From: Syntrophorhabdaceae bacterium
Lineage (GTDB): Bacteria; Desulfobacterota; Syntrophorhabdia; Syntrophorhabdales; Syntrophorhabdaceae
DNA: 64,000 bases
Direction: 5' to 3'
Assembly (NCBI GenBank): GCA_035369805.1
Contig: DAOOVB010000007.1
Location: 7,424-71,423, forward strand
A model generated the notes under the pieces. It was not told the origin of the DNA, ran no database searches, and was given only the letters and a program-made list of their open reading frames with translations. Positions within the stretch are counted from its first letter, which is position 1, and each line of letters starts with the position of its first letter. The position numbers were made by a program, and so were the translations under genes. Below, piece after piece: positions 29,844 through 42,162 of this stretch.

Positions 29844-30781
29844 CTTCCTTCTTCTATCTCTTTAAACTCAGGTTCTTCTTTATAACATTTAGGCATAGCA
29901 TATATACATCTTGGATTAAATTTACAACCATCGGGGAGTTCTGTCAGTTTTGGAACAGATCCTGGTATAGCCTTGAGCCTTTTCTCATCGCCTTTGAAGG
30001 CAAAGATAGACTCTATAAGCCCTCTGCTATATGGATGAAGAGGTTCATTAAAAAAATCATCTACAGATGCCTCTTCCATCATCCTTCCTGCATACATAAT
30101 ACCAACAGAATCGCCAAATTTTTTTATAATATTTAAATTATGAGTTATAAAAAGCATAGACATCCTTTGGGTTGTAATAAGCTCTTTGAGAAGATATAGT
30201 ATCTGAGATTCTGTTGCCACATCCAGTGCAGTTGTAGGTTCATCAGCTATGAGCAAAGATGGGTTACATGATATGGCCATGGCAATAAGCACCCTTTGTC
30301 TCTGACCACCACTTAACTGATGGGGATACTGAAGATACCTGTTTTCAGGTTCATCGAAACCAACCTGCCTTAATAATTCAATCACCCTCTCCTTTGCCTC
30401 GTCTCTGATAAAATCTCTATGAGCCATAATGGTTTCGCTTATCTGCTCTCCTATTCTAAGGACAGGATTAAGGGCTGTCATAGGCTCTTGGAATATCATA
30501 CCTATTCTATTCCCCCTAATTGACTCCATCTCTTTATTGGTTAACATCAAAAGATCCTTTCCATCGAAGAGTATCTCTCCTTTAACTATCTTACCCGGTG
30601 AGGGGATTAACCTCATTATAGAAAGTGCGGTCATGGTCTTGCCTGAACCACTCTCCCCTATAAGACAGAATACCTTGGCCTTATCAATGGAAAAATTCAA
30701 GTTACTTACAACATTTATCTCTTTTGAATCGGTTAAAAAACTTGTGCATAGATTGTTGATTTTTATGATATGTTCATTCAT
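29813..30781 (-). CDS. oligopeptide/dipeptide ABC transporter ATP-binding protein (OppD/DppD type)
   Basis: Walker A GESGSGKTM, signature LSGGQRQR, Walker B LLIADEPTTALD, and a C-terminal extension with 4 Cys. Overlaps the OppF-type gene by 31 nt. Confidence 0.88.
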   Translation of the reverse strand: MNEHIIKINNLCTSFLTDSKEINVVSNLNFSIDKAKVFCLIGESGSGKTMTALSIMRLIPSPGKIVKGEILFDGKDLLMLTNKEMESIRGNRIGMIFQEPMTALNPVLRIGEQISETIMAHRDFIRDEAKERVIELLRQVGFDEPENRYLQYPHQLSGGQRQRVLIAMAISCNPSLLIADEPTTALDVATESQILYLLKELITTQRMSMLFITHNLNIIKKFGDSVGIMYAGRMMEEASVDDFFNEPLHPYSRGLIESIFAFKGDEKRLKAIPGSVPKLTELPDGCKFNPRCIYAMPKCYKEEPEFKEIEEGRWTRCYLYQD

Positions 30782-30793
30782 TATAAAAACTCT

Positions 30794-30822
30794 TTGATTA
30801 TTTCAACCCTATGCATTATACT
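30794..30822 (+). promoter_or_regulatory. putative sigma-70 promoter of the nitroreductase gene
   Basis: TTGATT (30794-30799), 17 nt, then TATACT (30817-30822). The ATG lies only 13 nt downstream and no Shine-Dalgarno sequence is visible. Confidence 0.4.
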
Positions 30823-30835
30823 AATCTCATAAAAA

Positions 30836-31519
30836 ATGGCAAGCCTTTTGTGGGCTATATTTTTAATCTTCTTTATATTAATAAATAATACTCAAGCTAT
30901 GGAAACAATTAAACTACCTGAACCCGAAGACGATAAACCTATTTATTTTAAGGACATCTTAAACAAAAGGAGCACAATAAGGTCATATAAAAAAGACATG
31001 CCTCTAAACCTCAAAGACCTGTCGTATATATTATGGACAGCCTATGGTTTTAAAAAAGATGGGGGTCGAACCGTCCCATCAGCAGGGGCACTATATCCAC
31101 TCGATATTTATATAGCCTGCGGAGAAATTATCTCTGATGATAAAGAAAAGATAAAAGCAGGTTTGTATCATTATATCCCTGAAAAGCATCAATTAAAGAT
31201 AATAAAGACGGTTGATCTGAGAAAAGACATAGCCAAGGCGTCCCTTTCTCAGATGTGGATGGCAGATGCTCCTTGCACCATTATTATAACTGCTGAATAT
31301 GAAAGGATTACTTTCAAATATAGGGAGAGGGGTATCAGGTATACATTAATGGAGGTAGGCAATGTTTCTCAAAATATCTTTCTTTCTTCATTTAATAAGG
31401 GTCTTGGTTGTGGTATAGTAGGTGCTTTCGATGATAATACATTAAAGTATGTTCTTGGGATTAAAAGAAACCATGAACCTCTGCTTTTAATGCCCATTGG
31501 TTATAAATATAGCAGGTAA
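30836..31519 (+). CDS. SagB-type/nitroreductase family dehydrogenase with an N-terminal signal-like peptide
   Basis: RTVPSAGALYPLDIYI...GLYHYIPEKHQL matches the SagB-type dehydrogenase domain pattern. The N-terminus MASLLWAIFLIFFILINNTQA looks like a cleavable signal peptide. Confidence 0.75.
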   Translation: MASLLWAIFLIFFILINNTQAMETIKLPEPEDDKPIYFKDILNKRSTIRSYKKDMPLNLKDLSYILWTAYGFKKDGGRTVPSAGALYPLDIYIACGEIISDDKEKIKAGLYHYIPEKHQLKIIKTVDLRKDIAKASLSQMWMADAPCTIIITAEYERITFKYRERGIRYTLMEVGNVSQNIFLSSFNKGLGCGIVGAFDDNTLKYVLGIKRNHEPLLLMPIGYKYSR

Positions 31520-32995
<1,476 letters not shown>

Positions 32996-32998
32996 AAA

Positions 32999-34543
32999 AT
33001 GGATTACCACAAGGAATTAATTGCCATATTGGACTTTGGTTCGCAGTATACCCAATTGATTGCGAGAAAGATAAGGGAACTTGGGGTATATTGTGAGATA
33101 TACCCCTTTAATCAACCTATTGAAACAATAATCAAATTAAAACCACAGGGTATAATACTATCAGGGAGTCCAAGTAGCGTAACTGTAGATAATGCCCCGA
33201 TTATAGGGATGGATATCTTTAGATTAAATATCCCGGTGCTGGGCATATGTTATGGGTTGCAACTCATCACAAGGCTTTTTGATGGAGAGATATCAAAATC
33301 AGCAAAGAGAGAATACGGAAAGGCACATATTTTTATTGATAAAGATGACCCGCTGCTCAATGGAATAAAAGACGGGGACATAGTATGGATGAGTCATCAG
33401 GATAGGATATTCAAACTGCCAAAAGGATTTGAGTCTATGGCCCATACAGAAAATTCACCCTATGCAGTTATCAGGTCATCAGGGAGCAGTTTCTATGGTG
33501 TCCAATTCCATCCAGAGGTCCATCATACCCCAAAAGGAAAGATACTCCTTAAAAACTTTTTATACAAGATATGTGGATGCAAAGGGCTTTTTTCTCCTAA
33601 ATCATTCGTAGAAACGGCAGTTGATGATATTAAGAATAAGGTGGGTGACGAGAAGGTCATATGTGCATTAAGCGGTGGGGTTGATTCCTCTGTGGTAGCA
33701 GCTTTAATTCATAGGGCAATTGGCAGTAGACTCCATTGTGTATTTGTGAATAATGGCGTTCTACGAAAAAACGAAGTAGAAGAGGTTATAGAGGCATTTC
33801 AGGATAGACTCCACATAAACCTCAAATATGTAAATGCAGAGGACAGATTTTTAGAGGCACTGAGTAAGGTGAGGGATCCTGAGAAAAAAAGAAAGATTAT
33901 AGGAAGACTTTTTATAAAGATATTTGAGGAAGAGGCACATAAAGTAGGGGATGTTCGGTTTCTTGCTCAAGGGACATTATACCCTGATGTCATAGAGAGT
34001 GTATCTTCAAAGGGTCCTTCGGCAACTATTAAAAGTCACCATAATGTGGGTGGATTGCCAAAAAAGATGCGGCTTAAGCTCATTGAGCCCTTGAGGGAAC
34101 TCTTTAAGGACGAAGTTCGCCAGGTGGGAAAAGAATTGGGACTCCCTGAAAATATCATTGGAAGGCAACCCTTTCCAGGGCCAGGACTCGCAATAAGGAT
34201 AATAGGTGAGGTAACAAAAGAGAGGCTTGAGATATTGAGAGAGGCAGATAGCATCGTAAGAGAAGAGATAGAGAAGAACAAAAGATTTAAACATATCTGG
34301 CAATCCTTTGCCATACTCATTCCTGTCAAAACCGTTGGTGTTATGGGTGATGAAAGGACATATGCAAATGTAATATCTGTGAGGGTAGTAGAGAGTGAGG
34401 ACGCCATGACTGCAGACTGGTCAAGATTGCCCTATGAGACACTGGACACACTATCGAGAAGGATCATAAATGAGGTTCATGGAGTCAATAGGGTAGTGTA
34501 TGACATATCATCAAAACCTCCGAGCACAATAGAGTGGGAATAA
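32999..34543 (+). CDS. guaA: GMP synthase (glutamine-hydrolysing)
   Basis: GATase domain (GICYGLQ, QFHPE), ATP-PPase SGGVDSSV loop, and the C-terminal PPSTIEWE. Confidence 0.97.
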   Translation: MDYHKELIAILDFGSQYTQLIARKIRELGVYCEIYPFNQPIETIIKLKPQGIILSGSPSSVTVDNAPIIGMDIFRLNIPVLGICYGLQLITRLFDGEISKSAKREYGKAHIFIDKDDPLLNGIKDGDIVWMSHQDRIFKLPKGFESMAHTENSPYAVIRSSGSSFYGVQFHPEVHHTPKGKILLKNFLYKICGCKGLFSPKSFVETAVDDIKNKVGDEKVICALSGGVDSSVVAALIHRAIGSRLHCVFVNNGVLRKNEVEEVIEAFQDRLHINLKYVNAEDRFLEALSKVRDPEKKRKIIGRLFIKIFEEEAHKVGDVRFLAQGTLYPDVIESVSSKGPSATIKSHHNVGGLPKKMRLKLIEPLRELFKDEVRQVGKELGLPENIIGRQPFPGPGLAIRIIGEVTKERLEILREADSIVREEIEKNKRFKHIWQSFAILIPVKTVGVMGDERTYANVISVRVVESEDAMTADWSRLPYETLDTLSRRIINEVHGVNRVVYDISSKPPSTIEWE

Positions 34544-37500
34544 TGAACGAATTCGTCCATTTGCACTTACATACACAATACAGCCTCCTTGACGGCGCCA
34601 TAAGATTCGAGCCGCTTTTCGAGCTTTCCAAAGATTATGATATGAAAGCATGCAGTATCACCGATCATGGTAACATGTTTGGTGTAGTAGATTTCTATTT
34701 CAGCGCCAGAGAAGCAGGCATAAAACCCATTATAGGTTGCGAGGCATACATAGCACCCAAGTCTATAAAACATAAGAAAGCCAAAGGTGAAGACAATGCC
34801 TATCATATCATCCTACTTGCCATGAATAACAATGGTTATAAAAATCTTGTAAAACTTGTCAGCATTGCCCAGCTTGAAGGTTTTTATTATGTCCCCAGGA
34901 TAGATAAAGAGCTATTGAGAAAATATAGCGATGATATTATATGTCTTACTGCATGTATAAAAGGTGAAATACCCAATGCCATATTAAAGGGAACAGAAAA
35001 ACAAACAAAAGAACTGGTGGAGGAATATTTATCCATATTCGGTGACAGACTGTTTTTTGAACTTCAGGATAATGGACTTGATGAGCAGAGGATTGTTAAT
35101 GAAAAACTCACGCTCCTATCTAAGTATTATGGCATACCCATAGTAGCCACAAATGACTGCCATTATCTCAAAAAAGAGGAATCAAAGGCACACGAGCTAC
35201 TTCTCTGTATTCAGACAGGAAAAAAACTCAGTGATACTGATAGGATGAGTTTCAAAAGCGATGAGTTCTATTTTAAATCCCCTGAAGAGATATATAAGGC
35301 CTTTTCAAACTATCCAGATGCTATAAAGAATACCCTTAAGATTGCAGAGATGTGCAATGTTACTATAGATGATAGTACATATCACTTCCCTGATTTTAAG
35401 ACACCAGGCAATATAGATATTAATGAACATTTTGAAAATGAGTGTAGAAAGGGTTTTGAAAAGAAACTAAATAAGATTATAGCTTCATATAGCTCTTTTT
35501 CTGAAGAACTTATGCTGGAATACAAAAATAGGCTTGATTATGAAATAAAGGTTATAAAATCACAAAATTTTGCAGGCTATTTTCTCATCGTAGCTGATTT
35601 TATCAAATATGCAAAAGACAACCAAATCCCTGTAGGCCCAGGAAGAGGCTCAGCAGCAGGTAGCCTTGTGGCATACTGTCTCGATATTACTGAGGTAGAT
35701 CCCATTAAATATAATCTCCTCTTTGAAAGATTTCTTAATCCAGATAGGATAAGTATGCCCGACATAGATGTGGATTTCTGCAAAAAAGGAAGAGACGATG
35801 TAATCAAATATGTAATTGATAGATATGGGGAAAACAATGTCGCCCAGATCATAACATTCGGAACCATGAAATTAAGGGCCGCTGTTCGCGATGTAGGTAG
35901 AGCACTTGGTGTCCCTTTACATGTCGTTGACAAGGTCGCTAAACTGATACCTCCCACAAGCAAAAGCATAAAGCATGCCATAGAGAGTGAGCACCAATTA
36001 AAAGAGATTTATAAAAGCGACAATGGTATTAAAGAGTTGCTTGATAATGCCGCAGTCCTCGAGGGTCTTGCAAGACATGCCTCCATACATGCAGCAGGCA
36101 TAGTCATATCCAACAAAGACCTTACAGAATATCTCCCTTTATATAAAGGTCAGAAAGGAGAGAGGGTAACCCAGTTCACCATGAAGACCATTGAAAAGAT
36201 TGGCCTTATAAAGATGGATTTCCTTGGCCTTGAGACCCTCACCCTTATAGACAATGTATTAAAGATGCTTAAAAAAGACGGTATAGATATAGACCTGGAT
36301 AAAATCCCCTATGATGATCCCAAGACATTTGAGCTACTTTGTTCAGGAGATACTTCAGGGGTATTCCAGCTCGAGGGAAGGGGGATGAAAGAGCTTCTTA
36401 TGAAATTTAAACCGTCAAAATTCGAGGATATTCTACCGCTCATTGCCCTTTATAGACCTGGCCCGTTAAATAGCGGAATGGTGGATGAATTTATTAAAAG
36501 AAAAAATAACCCGTCAATAATAAAATACGAAACACCCCTCCTTGAAGACATATTGAAAGACACATATGGGGTTATTATCTATCAGGAACAGATAATGAAG
36601 ATAGCCCAGGTTCTCGCCAACTTCTCCATAAAAGATGCCGATGCCCTAAGAAAGGCCATGAGTAAAAAGATACCTGAACAACTTGAGAGATACAGTGAAC
36701 AGTTCATAGCAGGAGCCCAATCAAACAATATATCAAAAGAGACAGCAGAAAAGATCTACAATATAATACGGCAATTTGGCGAATATGGTTTCAATAAATC
36801 ACATAGCACAGCCTATGGTATAATCGCCTATCAAACAGCATATCTGAAGGCAAATCATTATGTTTACTATCTTACAGCCATGCTCACAACTGAAGTAAAT
36901 AACACTGATAAGCTTATAAAATACATCACTGAATGCCGTGATGCAGGTATTGAGGTATTGCCTCCTGACATAAACAAGAGTGAAAAAGATTTCAAAATTG
37001 AAGAAGGAAAAATAAGGTTTGGCTTATCAGGAATTAAAAATGTTGGCGATGCAGCCCTCGATAACATCCTTACAGTAAGAGAAGAGGTAGGCGGTTTTAG
37101 TTCCTTTATTCAATTCTGTGATGCTGTAGACTCAAGGAAGGTAAATAAAAAGGTATTAGAAAGCCTTGCCAAGGCAGGATGTTTTGACAAAATGGGTCTA
37201 AAACGCTCACAGATATTTTTTCTGATAAAGGAAAGATTAGATAAACATCAAAAAAAGAATGGTAATCATGTGATGCAGCCATCACTTTTTGGTGATATGG
37301 AAATCCTCAATAGTTCCCAATCTCACATAGAAGTCCCTGATATGGAAGAATTACCATACAGAGAGATCCTGGCAGGCGAAAAAGAGGTTTTTGGTTTTTA
37401 TTTTACCCAGCATCCTCTTAAGCAGTATGAAAAAATAATAGAGCAAATTACCGAACATGATAGCCAGAGCATTAAAGAAATGGATATTCAAGGAGATGTG

Positions 37501-38013
37501 GATATTATAGGCGTAGTAAACAGCATCAAAGAGCTATCAACAAAAAAAGGCGATAAAATGGCATATGTAAACCTTGAGGATACAAAAGGAATACTTGAGG
37601 CCATTGTGTTCCCTGAACTATATGCCAAAAACATCGAACTTATAAAAAGTGAGAAACCTCTTGTCTTCAGTGGCACTATAGAAAAGGCAGAGGAAGGCAC
37701 GGCAAAGATAAAGACAAAAAAGATCGCACCCCTTGAAGATATAGCAAAAAATTTAGCAAAGAATCTTATCATAAGGATAGACTGCAAGATATTCAGGAAA
37801 GATGACCTTAAAAGACTAAAGGAGATACTGGATACCCTCAAGGGCTACACAAAAACCTTTATAGAACTTCAATTAAATGGTAATATACAGCGCTTAAAGA
37901 TACCAGAGATGAGGATAGATGCAGATAGGATAAATATACTAATAAAGCATTTTCCATCTGGTTTAAGAATTGTTGAAACTCTGGAGGATATGACCAATGA
38001 GATACTACCTTGA
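34543..38013 (+). CDS. dnaE: DNA polymerase III subunit alpha
   Basis: PHP domain start FVHLHLHTQYSLLDG, palm motifs (PDIDVDF), and a C-terminal OB fold. The ATG at 34543 overlaps the guaA TAA (TAATG); the track GTG at 34534 is less likely. Confidence 0.96.
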   Translation: MNEFVHLHLHTQYSLLDGAIRFEPLFELSKDYDMKACSITDHGNMFGVVDFYFSAREAGIKPIIGCEAYIAPKSIKHKKAKGEDNAYHIILLAMNNNGYKNLVKLVSIAQLEGFYYVPRIDKELLRKYSDDIICLTACIKGEIPNAILKGTEKQTKELVEEYLSIFGDRLFFELQDNGLDEQRIVNEKLTLLSKYYGIPIVATNDCHYLKKEESKAHELLLCIQTGKKLSDTDRMSFKSDEFYFKSPEEIYKAFSNYPDAIKNTLKIAEMCNVTIDDSTYHFPDFKTPGNIDINEHFENECRKGFEKKLNKIIASYSSFSEELMLEYKNRLDYEIKVIKSQNFAGYFLIVADFIKYAKDNQIPVGPGRGSAAGSLVAYCLDITEVDPIKYNLLFERFLNPDRISMPDIDVDFCKKGRDDVIKYVIDRYGENNVAQIITFGTMKLRAAVRDVGRALGVPLHVVDKVAKLIPPTSKSIKHAIESEHQLKEIYKSDNGIKELLDNAAVLEGLARHASIHAAGIVISNKDLTEYLPLYKGQKGERVTQFTMKTIEKIGLIKMDFLGLETLTLIDNVLKMLKKDGIDIDLDKIPYDDPKTFELLCSGDTSGVFQLEGRGMKELLMKFKPSKFEDILPLIALYRPGPLNSGMVDEFIKRKNNPSIIKYETPLLEDILKDTYGVIIYQEQIMKIAQVLANFSIKDADALRKAMSKKIPEQLERYSEQFIAGAQSNNISKETAEKIYNIIRQFGEYGFNKSHSTAYGIIAYQTAYLKANHYVYYLTAMLTTEVNNTDKLIKYITECRDAGIEVLPPDINKSEKDFKIEEGKIRFGLSGIKNVGDAALDNILTVREEVGGFSSFIQFCDAVDSRKVNKKVLESLAKAGCFDKMGLKRSQIFFLIKERLDKHQKKNGNHVMQPSLFGDMEILNSSQSHIEVPDMEELPYREILAGEKEVFGFYFTQHPLKQYEKIIEQITEHDSQSIKEMDIQGDVDIIGVVNSIKELSTKKGDKMAYVNLEDTKGILEAIVFPELYAKNIELIKSEKPLVFSGTIEKAEEGTAKIKTKKIAPLEDIAKNLAKNLIIRIDCKIFRKDDLKRLKEILDTLKGYTKTFIELQLNGNIQRLKIPEMRIDADRINILIKHFPSGLRIVETLEDMTNEILP

Positions 38014-38956
38014 CTTTGAAAAAAAACTCGAACCATTAGAAAGAAGAATAAATGAAATAAAAAAGTTTTACAGCATCAATGACCCCCGATATTCAAGGGA
38101 ATTACAATCGATAAACAAGAAGATTTCCAAGATAGAAAAAGATATTTACGGAGAATTAACGAATTGGCAAAGGTCGCAACTCTCGAGACACCTCAATAGA
38201 CCCCACACATTAGATTACATTGAAAATATCTTTTCTGATTTTGTGGAGTTGAAAGGGGACAGAAAGTTCAAGGATGACCCGGCAATTGTGGCCGGCTTTG
38301 CAAGATTTAATGATAGAAGTGTCGCTGTCGTAGGACACCAGAAAGGAAAAGACGTAAGAGAAATGGCCCATAGAAACTTCGGCATGACCCATCCTGAGGG
38401 ATACAGAAAGGCAGTAAGGATAATGAAGTTAGCTGGCAAATGGGGTAAGCCTATCATTACATTCGTAGATACACCAGGTGCATTCCCTGGAATAGGGGCT
38501 GAAGAGAGGGGTCAGGCAGAGGCAATAGCTTCAAGTATAGAATTTATGTTCTCTCTACCTGTGCCTATTGTAACAATAGTTATCGGTGAAGGTGGAAGTG
38601 GTGGTGCCCTTGCAATAGGGGTTGGCAATGTAATCCTCATGCTCGATAACGCCATATATTCTGTCATATCACCTGAAGGCTGCGCTGCCATATTATGGAG
38701 AGATGGCTCGAAAGGACCGCTTGCTGCAGAAGCGCTTAAACCGACTGCTCGTGATCTATTTGAACTCGGCGTGATTGATGAGATAATAAAAGAACCGTTC
38801 GGCGGTGCTCACAGAAACTGGAACCAAACATTCGATAATCTTAAACCTGAATTGGAAAAACATCTTAAAGCATTATCTGCAAAATCTTCAGAAGAATTAA
38901 TGAAGATGAGGTATGAAAAATTCAGAATAATGGGGGTCTTCAAAGAGAGAAGATGA
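37997..38956 (+). CDS. accA: acetyl-CoA carboxylase carboxyltransferase subunit alpha
   Basis: LDFEKKLEPLERRI..., HPEGYRKA, DTPGAFPG and GEGGSGGALA motifs. Confidence 0.95.
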   Translation: MRYYLDFEKKLEPLERRINEIKKFYSINDPRYSRELQSINKKISKIEKDIYGELTNWQRSQLSRHLNRPHTLDYIENIFSDFVELKGDRKFKDDPAIVAGFARFNDRSVAVVGHQKGKDVREMAHRNFGMTHPEGYRKAVRIMKLAGKWGKPIITFVDTPGAFPGIGAEERGQAEAIASSIEFMFSLPVPIVTIVIGEGGSGGALAIGVGNVILMLDNAIYSVISPEGCAAILWRDGSKGPLAAEALKPTARDLFELGVIDEIIKEPFGGAHRNWNQTFDNLKPELEKHLKALSAKSSEELMKMRYEKFRIMGVFKERR

Positions 38957-40311
38957 AAAGAATAGAGATAGATATTAATGGTGTATTGAAAAAAACCATA
39001 GGAAATGAGGGTTTAAGTGAGGAAGATATTTATCAAGTGTCTGATAAATTAGATGAATTTAAAAAAAAGCTTTATAAAACCCCCTATCCTTTTATGGACT
39101 TAGATCTCATTAGGTCATATATTCCAGATATAGAAGTCATCAAAAAATCCACCCAAAAAATAAAGGCAAAAAATCTTGTCATCCTCGGTATAGGTGGTTC
39201 ATCGCTGGGAACAGAGACCATATTCCATGCCCTGCTCAATCCCTTTCACAACTTAGATCCTAATTGCAGAGGGCTAAAGCCGAGATATTTCATTCTGGAT
39301 AATATAGACCCTCATAAAATAAATAGGGTCATTGATATCATAGAGAAAGAAAAAGACAAGACCATTCTCGTGGTGATAAGCAAATCAGGAGAGACACCAG
39401 AGACCATGTCCCAATTTTTGCTTTTTAAAGAAATATTAAATACATCAAAGAATCCCCATCAAAGAATAATCATTATTACAGACAGTAAAAAAGGGATGTT
39501 AAGAGAGATAGTAAATAAAGAGGGTTATCCATCCCTTCCTGTTCCTGAGGGCATAGGTGGTAGATTTTCTGTCCTTACTCCTGTTGGTCTATTGCCGTCA
39601 GCCTTAATGGACATAAAAATAGAAGAATTAGTAAAGGGTGCAGAGGATATGTCTGAATACATTAAAAAAACCCCTTATAAGAAAAACATGGCTATATTGC
39701 TGGCTGCAATCCTTTATCTTATGGACAACAAAGGCAAAAAGATGCATGTTATGATGCCTTACTGTGAAAGGCTATCGGCGTTTGCCGATTGGTTCAGACA
39801 GTTGGAGGCAGAAAGCCTTGGTAAAGGAGGCAATGGCCCAACCCCTGTAAAATCCATAGGGGTAACAGATCAGCATTCCCAGTTACAGCTTTATATCGAT
39901 GGCCCAAAAGATAAGTGTATTACATTTATCTGCCATGAAGGGGAAAATAGGTATATTCCTGATAGCTTTCCATATCTACCCGATCTGGATTATCTTTCTG
40001 GAAAGGATATGAAGGATCTATTTTATGCAGAATTCTTAGGGACAAGAAGGTCCCTTATTGAGGCAAAGACACCTAATATTACAATAAAGGTAAATGAGAT
40101 AAATGAATACAATTTGGGCGCCCTATTCTTCTTATACGAGATGATCATAGCATTTATGGGTAAATTATATGATATCAATGCCTTTGATCAGCCGGGGGTG
40201 GAGCTTGGAAAAATCTACACAAAGGCTGTTATGGGTAAAAAAGGCCTTGAAAAACAGAAAAAAACCATAGAAAAAGACCTAAAGATAAAATGGCAATCAA
40301 TCTCGTTTTAG
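38953..40311 (+). CDS. pgi: glucose-6-phosphate isomerase
   Basis: GIGGSSLG, ISKSGETPET and GGRFSVLTPVGLLP motifs of the SIS-type PGI. 452 aa. Confidence 0.9.
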   Translation: MKRIEIDINGVLKKTIGNEGLSEEDIYQVSDKLDEFKKKLYKTPYPFMDLDLIRSYIPDIEVIKKSTQKIKAKNLVILGIGGSSLGTETIFHALLNPFHNLDPNCRGLKPRYFILDNIDPHKINRVIDIIEKEKDKTILVVISKSGETPETMSQFLLFKEILNTSKNPHQRIIIITDSKKGMLREIVNKEGYPSLPVPEGIGGRFSVLTPVGLLPSALMDIKIEELVKGAEDMSEYIKKTPYKKNMAILLAAILYLMDNKGKKMHVMMPYCERLSAFADWFRQLEAESLGKGGNGPTPVKSIGVTDQHSQLQLYIDGPKDKCITFICHEGENRYIPDSFPYLPDLDYLSGKDMKDLFYAEFLGTRRSLIEAKTPNITIKVNEINEYNLGALFFLYEMIIAFMGKLYDINAFDQPGVELGKIYTKAVMGKKGLEKQKKTIEKDLKIKWQSISF

Positions 40312-40326
40312 GAATTTTTAAAGATT

Positions 40327-41448
40327 TTATAATGTTGAAGTTACAGAATCTATATAGGATTCTACAGTTGCCTTTGTCTTATTGATATTTATTATAAGCT
40401 CTGCTGTGATTATATCTTTAAGATCCTTATCAATCCCAAATAACTCAAAGTATTCGGGTAAAATCCTGAGCATCTGTTCATCTTCACCTTTATAACCCAT
40501 TGCCTTTGATACAAGGTCTGAAACACAAAGTATAAAATTCAGTTTCAAATATTCAGATGGAATATTTTCCGGGGGAAAGTAACAAGGATGATGATGGTAT
40601 TCTATACCTTTCACTATGATGTTAGAAAACAACCATTGTTTTGCAATGAAAGCACCTGCAACTGAATGATTTATCCCGTACCTATGTTCTTCTTTTATAA
40701 GATTTGGAATGTCTGTTACTATCTCAAAGCCTTCTTCTATATTCATAAGATAAAATTTCCCTATATCATGCAAAAGCCCTGCAGTAGCAAGGTCATATTC
40801 TGAAAGCCCAAAAAGCTTTTTGCCTATAAAACCGGCGCAGGCAGACACAATAGCAGAATGGGCCCATAATCTGAGATGCCTATCTGTTTGATCTGTCTTG
40901 TCCTTACAAACAGTATTATAAAGTGTCTCTTGTAAGACCAATGCCCTTACGTTATTGTAACCCAGTAAAGTAATAGCCCTACCTATAGAAGTAACCTTTT
41001 CTGCAAGGGAAAAATAAACAGAATTAACGGTCTGCAAAACTTTGGCAGATAAAACAGGATGGGTGCTTACCAAAGATACTATCTCTTTAATATTTGTTTC
41101 AGGATTTAAAAGGAGCTTCATGAGTCTCGTATAGTCTATTGGTATCGGTAACATCGACTTTATATTTTTTTCAAGTTTAGTCTTAATTTCATCATCTATC
41201 TGCTCTATATTGACAGGAAAGATGTTTTTTCCAATTTCTGTATATTCGATATTTTTAAAGATAGTTTTAAGTTCTTTTGGCACGTCTTTAGTCAATACTG
41301 TATCTATTTTGTCAGAGGGGCTAAAGCCTTTATGCTGAGATTCATCCACATCCAATGTTTCTTCGTCTTTTTGTTTAGCCCTCTGAAAAATAAATAATAA
41401 AGTGATCATTACGATGATTATGAGAAGGATTATTGCAACAATGCTCAT
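40327..41448 (-). CDS. membrane-anchored HDOD domain-containing protein
   Basis: One N-terminal TM helix, then an HDOD-type domain (HPVLSAKVLQTVNSVYF, GLLHDIGKFYL). Confidence 0.75.
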   Translation of the reverse strand: MSIVAIILLIIIVMITLLFIFQRAKQKDEETLDVDESQHKGFSPSDKIDTVLTKDVPKELKTIFKNIEYTEIGKNIFPVNIEQIDDEIKTKLEKNIKSMLPIPIDYTRLMKLLLNPETNIKEIVSLVSTHPVLSAKVLQTVNSVYFSLAEKVTSIGRAITLLGYNNVRALVLQETLYNTVCKDKTDQTDRHLRLWAHSAIVSACAGFIGKKLFGLSEYDLATAGLLHDIGKFYLMNIEEGFEIVTDIPNLIKEEHRYGINHSVAGAFIAKQWLFSNIIVKGIEYHHHPCYFPPENIPSEYLKLNFILCVSDLVSKAMGYKGEDEQMLRILPEYFELFGIDKDLKDIITAELIININKTKATVESYIDSVTSTL

Positions 41449-41513
41449 AGCCTGCCTATCTTGAGTTTTTACAACTTAATTTTTTACTTTATGGATATAT
41501 TCTCACCACTCTA

Positions 41514-41999
41514 TTATTTGCAATCCCAAACTGTTACTGTTTGAAATCTACTCACGTGAACACAGCATTGCATTTGAACAGATATTAAGACCGTAGTCTC
41601 TGCATTAATAAAACCTTCAAGGTCCCTATGTTTTTCCATATAAACCTTTTTTAACTCTTCTAACTTTCTTCCTTTCCTCATAATCCTTGCCTTACCCACA
41701 ATAGTAATCGCCTCGGTATTCATAAGATTACCTGCTGTTTCCATGCGGTTATCTATTAGGAGTGACACATACTTTGAGTATTTTATATTGTTGTATTTTT
41801 TAGTATTTTTTGGTGTTGCAAAGATAATGGTCTTAAAATCATCGGTGATGGCAAAATTTACAATAGAGGTATAAGGGGTATCATATCCCCATGTGGCAAG
41901 AACGGCAAGCTTTTGCTTTTCATTTAGATATCTCAAACGCTCAGGGACCAAAACAGATCCCTTGATGGTATTTATAGGAACCCCATCATTTATATCCAT
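41514..41999 (-). CDS. pyridoxamine 5'-phosphate oxidase family (FMN-binding split barrel) protein
   Basis: Size and pattern (LATWGYDTPYTSIVNFA...FATPKNTKKYNNI) resemble general-stress/PNPOx-like split-barrel proteins. Assigned by eye only. Confidence 0.55.
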   Translation of the reverse strand: MDINDGVPINTIKGSVLVPERLRYLNEKQKLAVLATWGYDTPYTSIVNFAITDDFKTIIFATPKNTKKYNNIKYSKYVSLLIDNRMETAGNLMNTEAITIVGKARIMRKGRKLEELKKVYMEKHRDLEGFINAETTVLISVQMQCCVHVSRFQTVTVWDCK

Positions 42000-42162
42000 A
42001 ATAATTGTATGATTACTATATTTTATAACAACAATTCAAGGATAATCAAAGATTAATTTTATATAAATTTTGAAAAGGATGCCTTAAAATTTGTCAATAG
42101 GTTGATTCTCTCTCCTATGATGATTATGTTAAATTTAATTAAAAATTTTTTAGGAGGTAATT

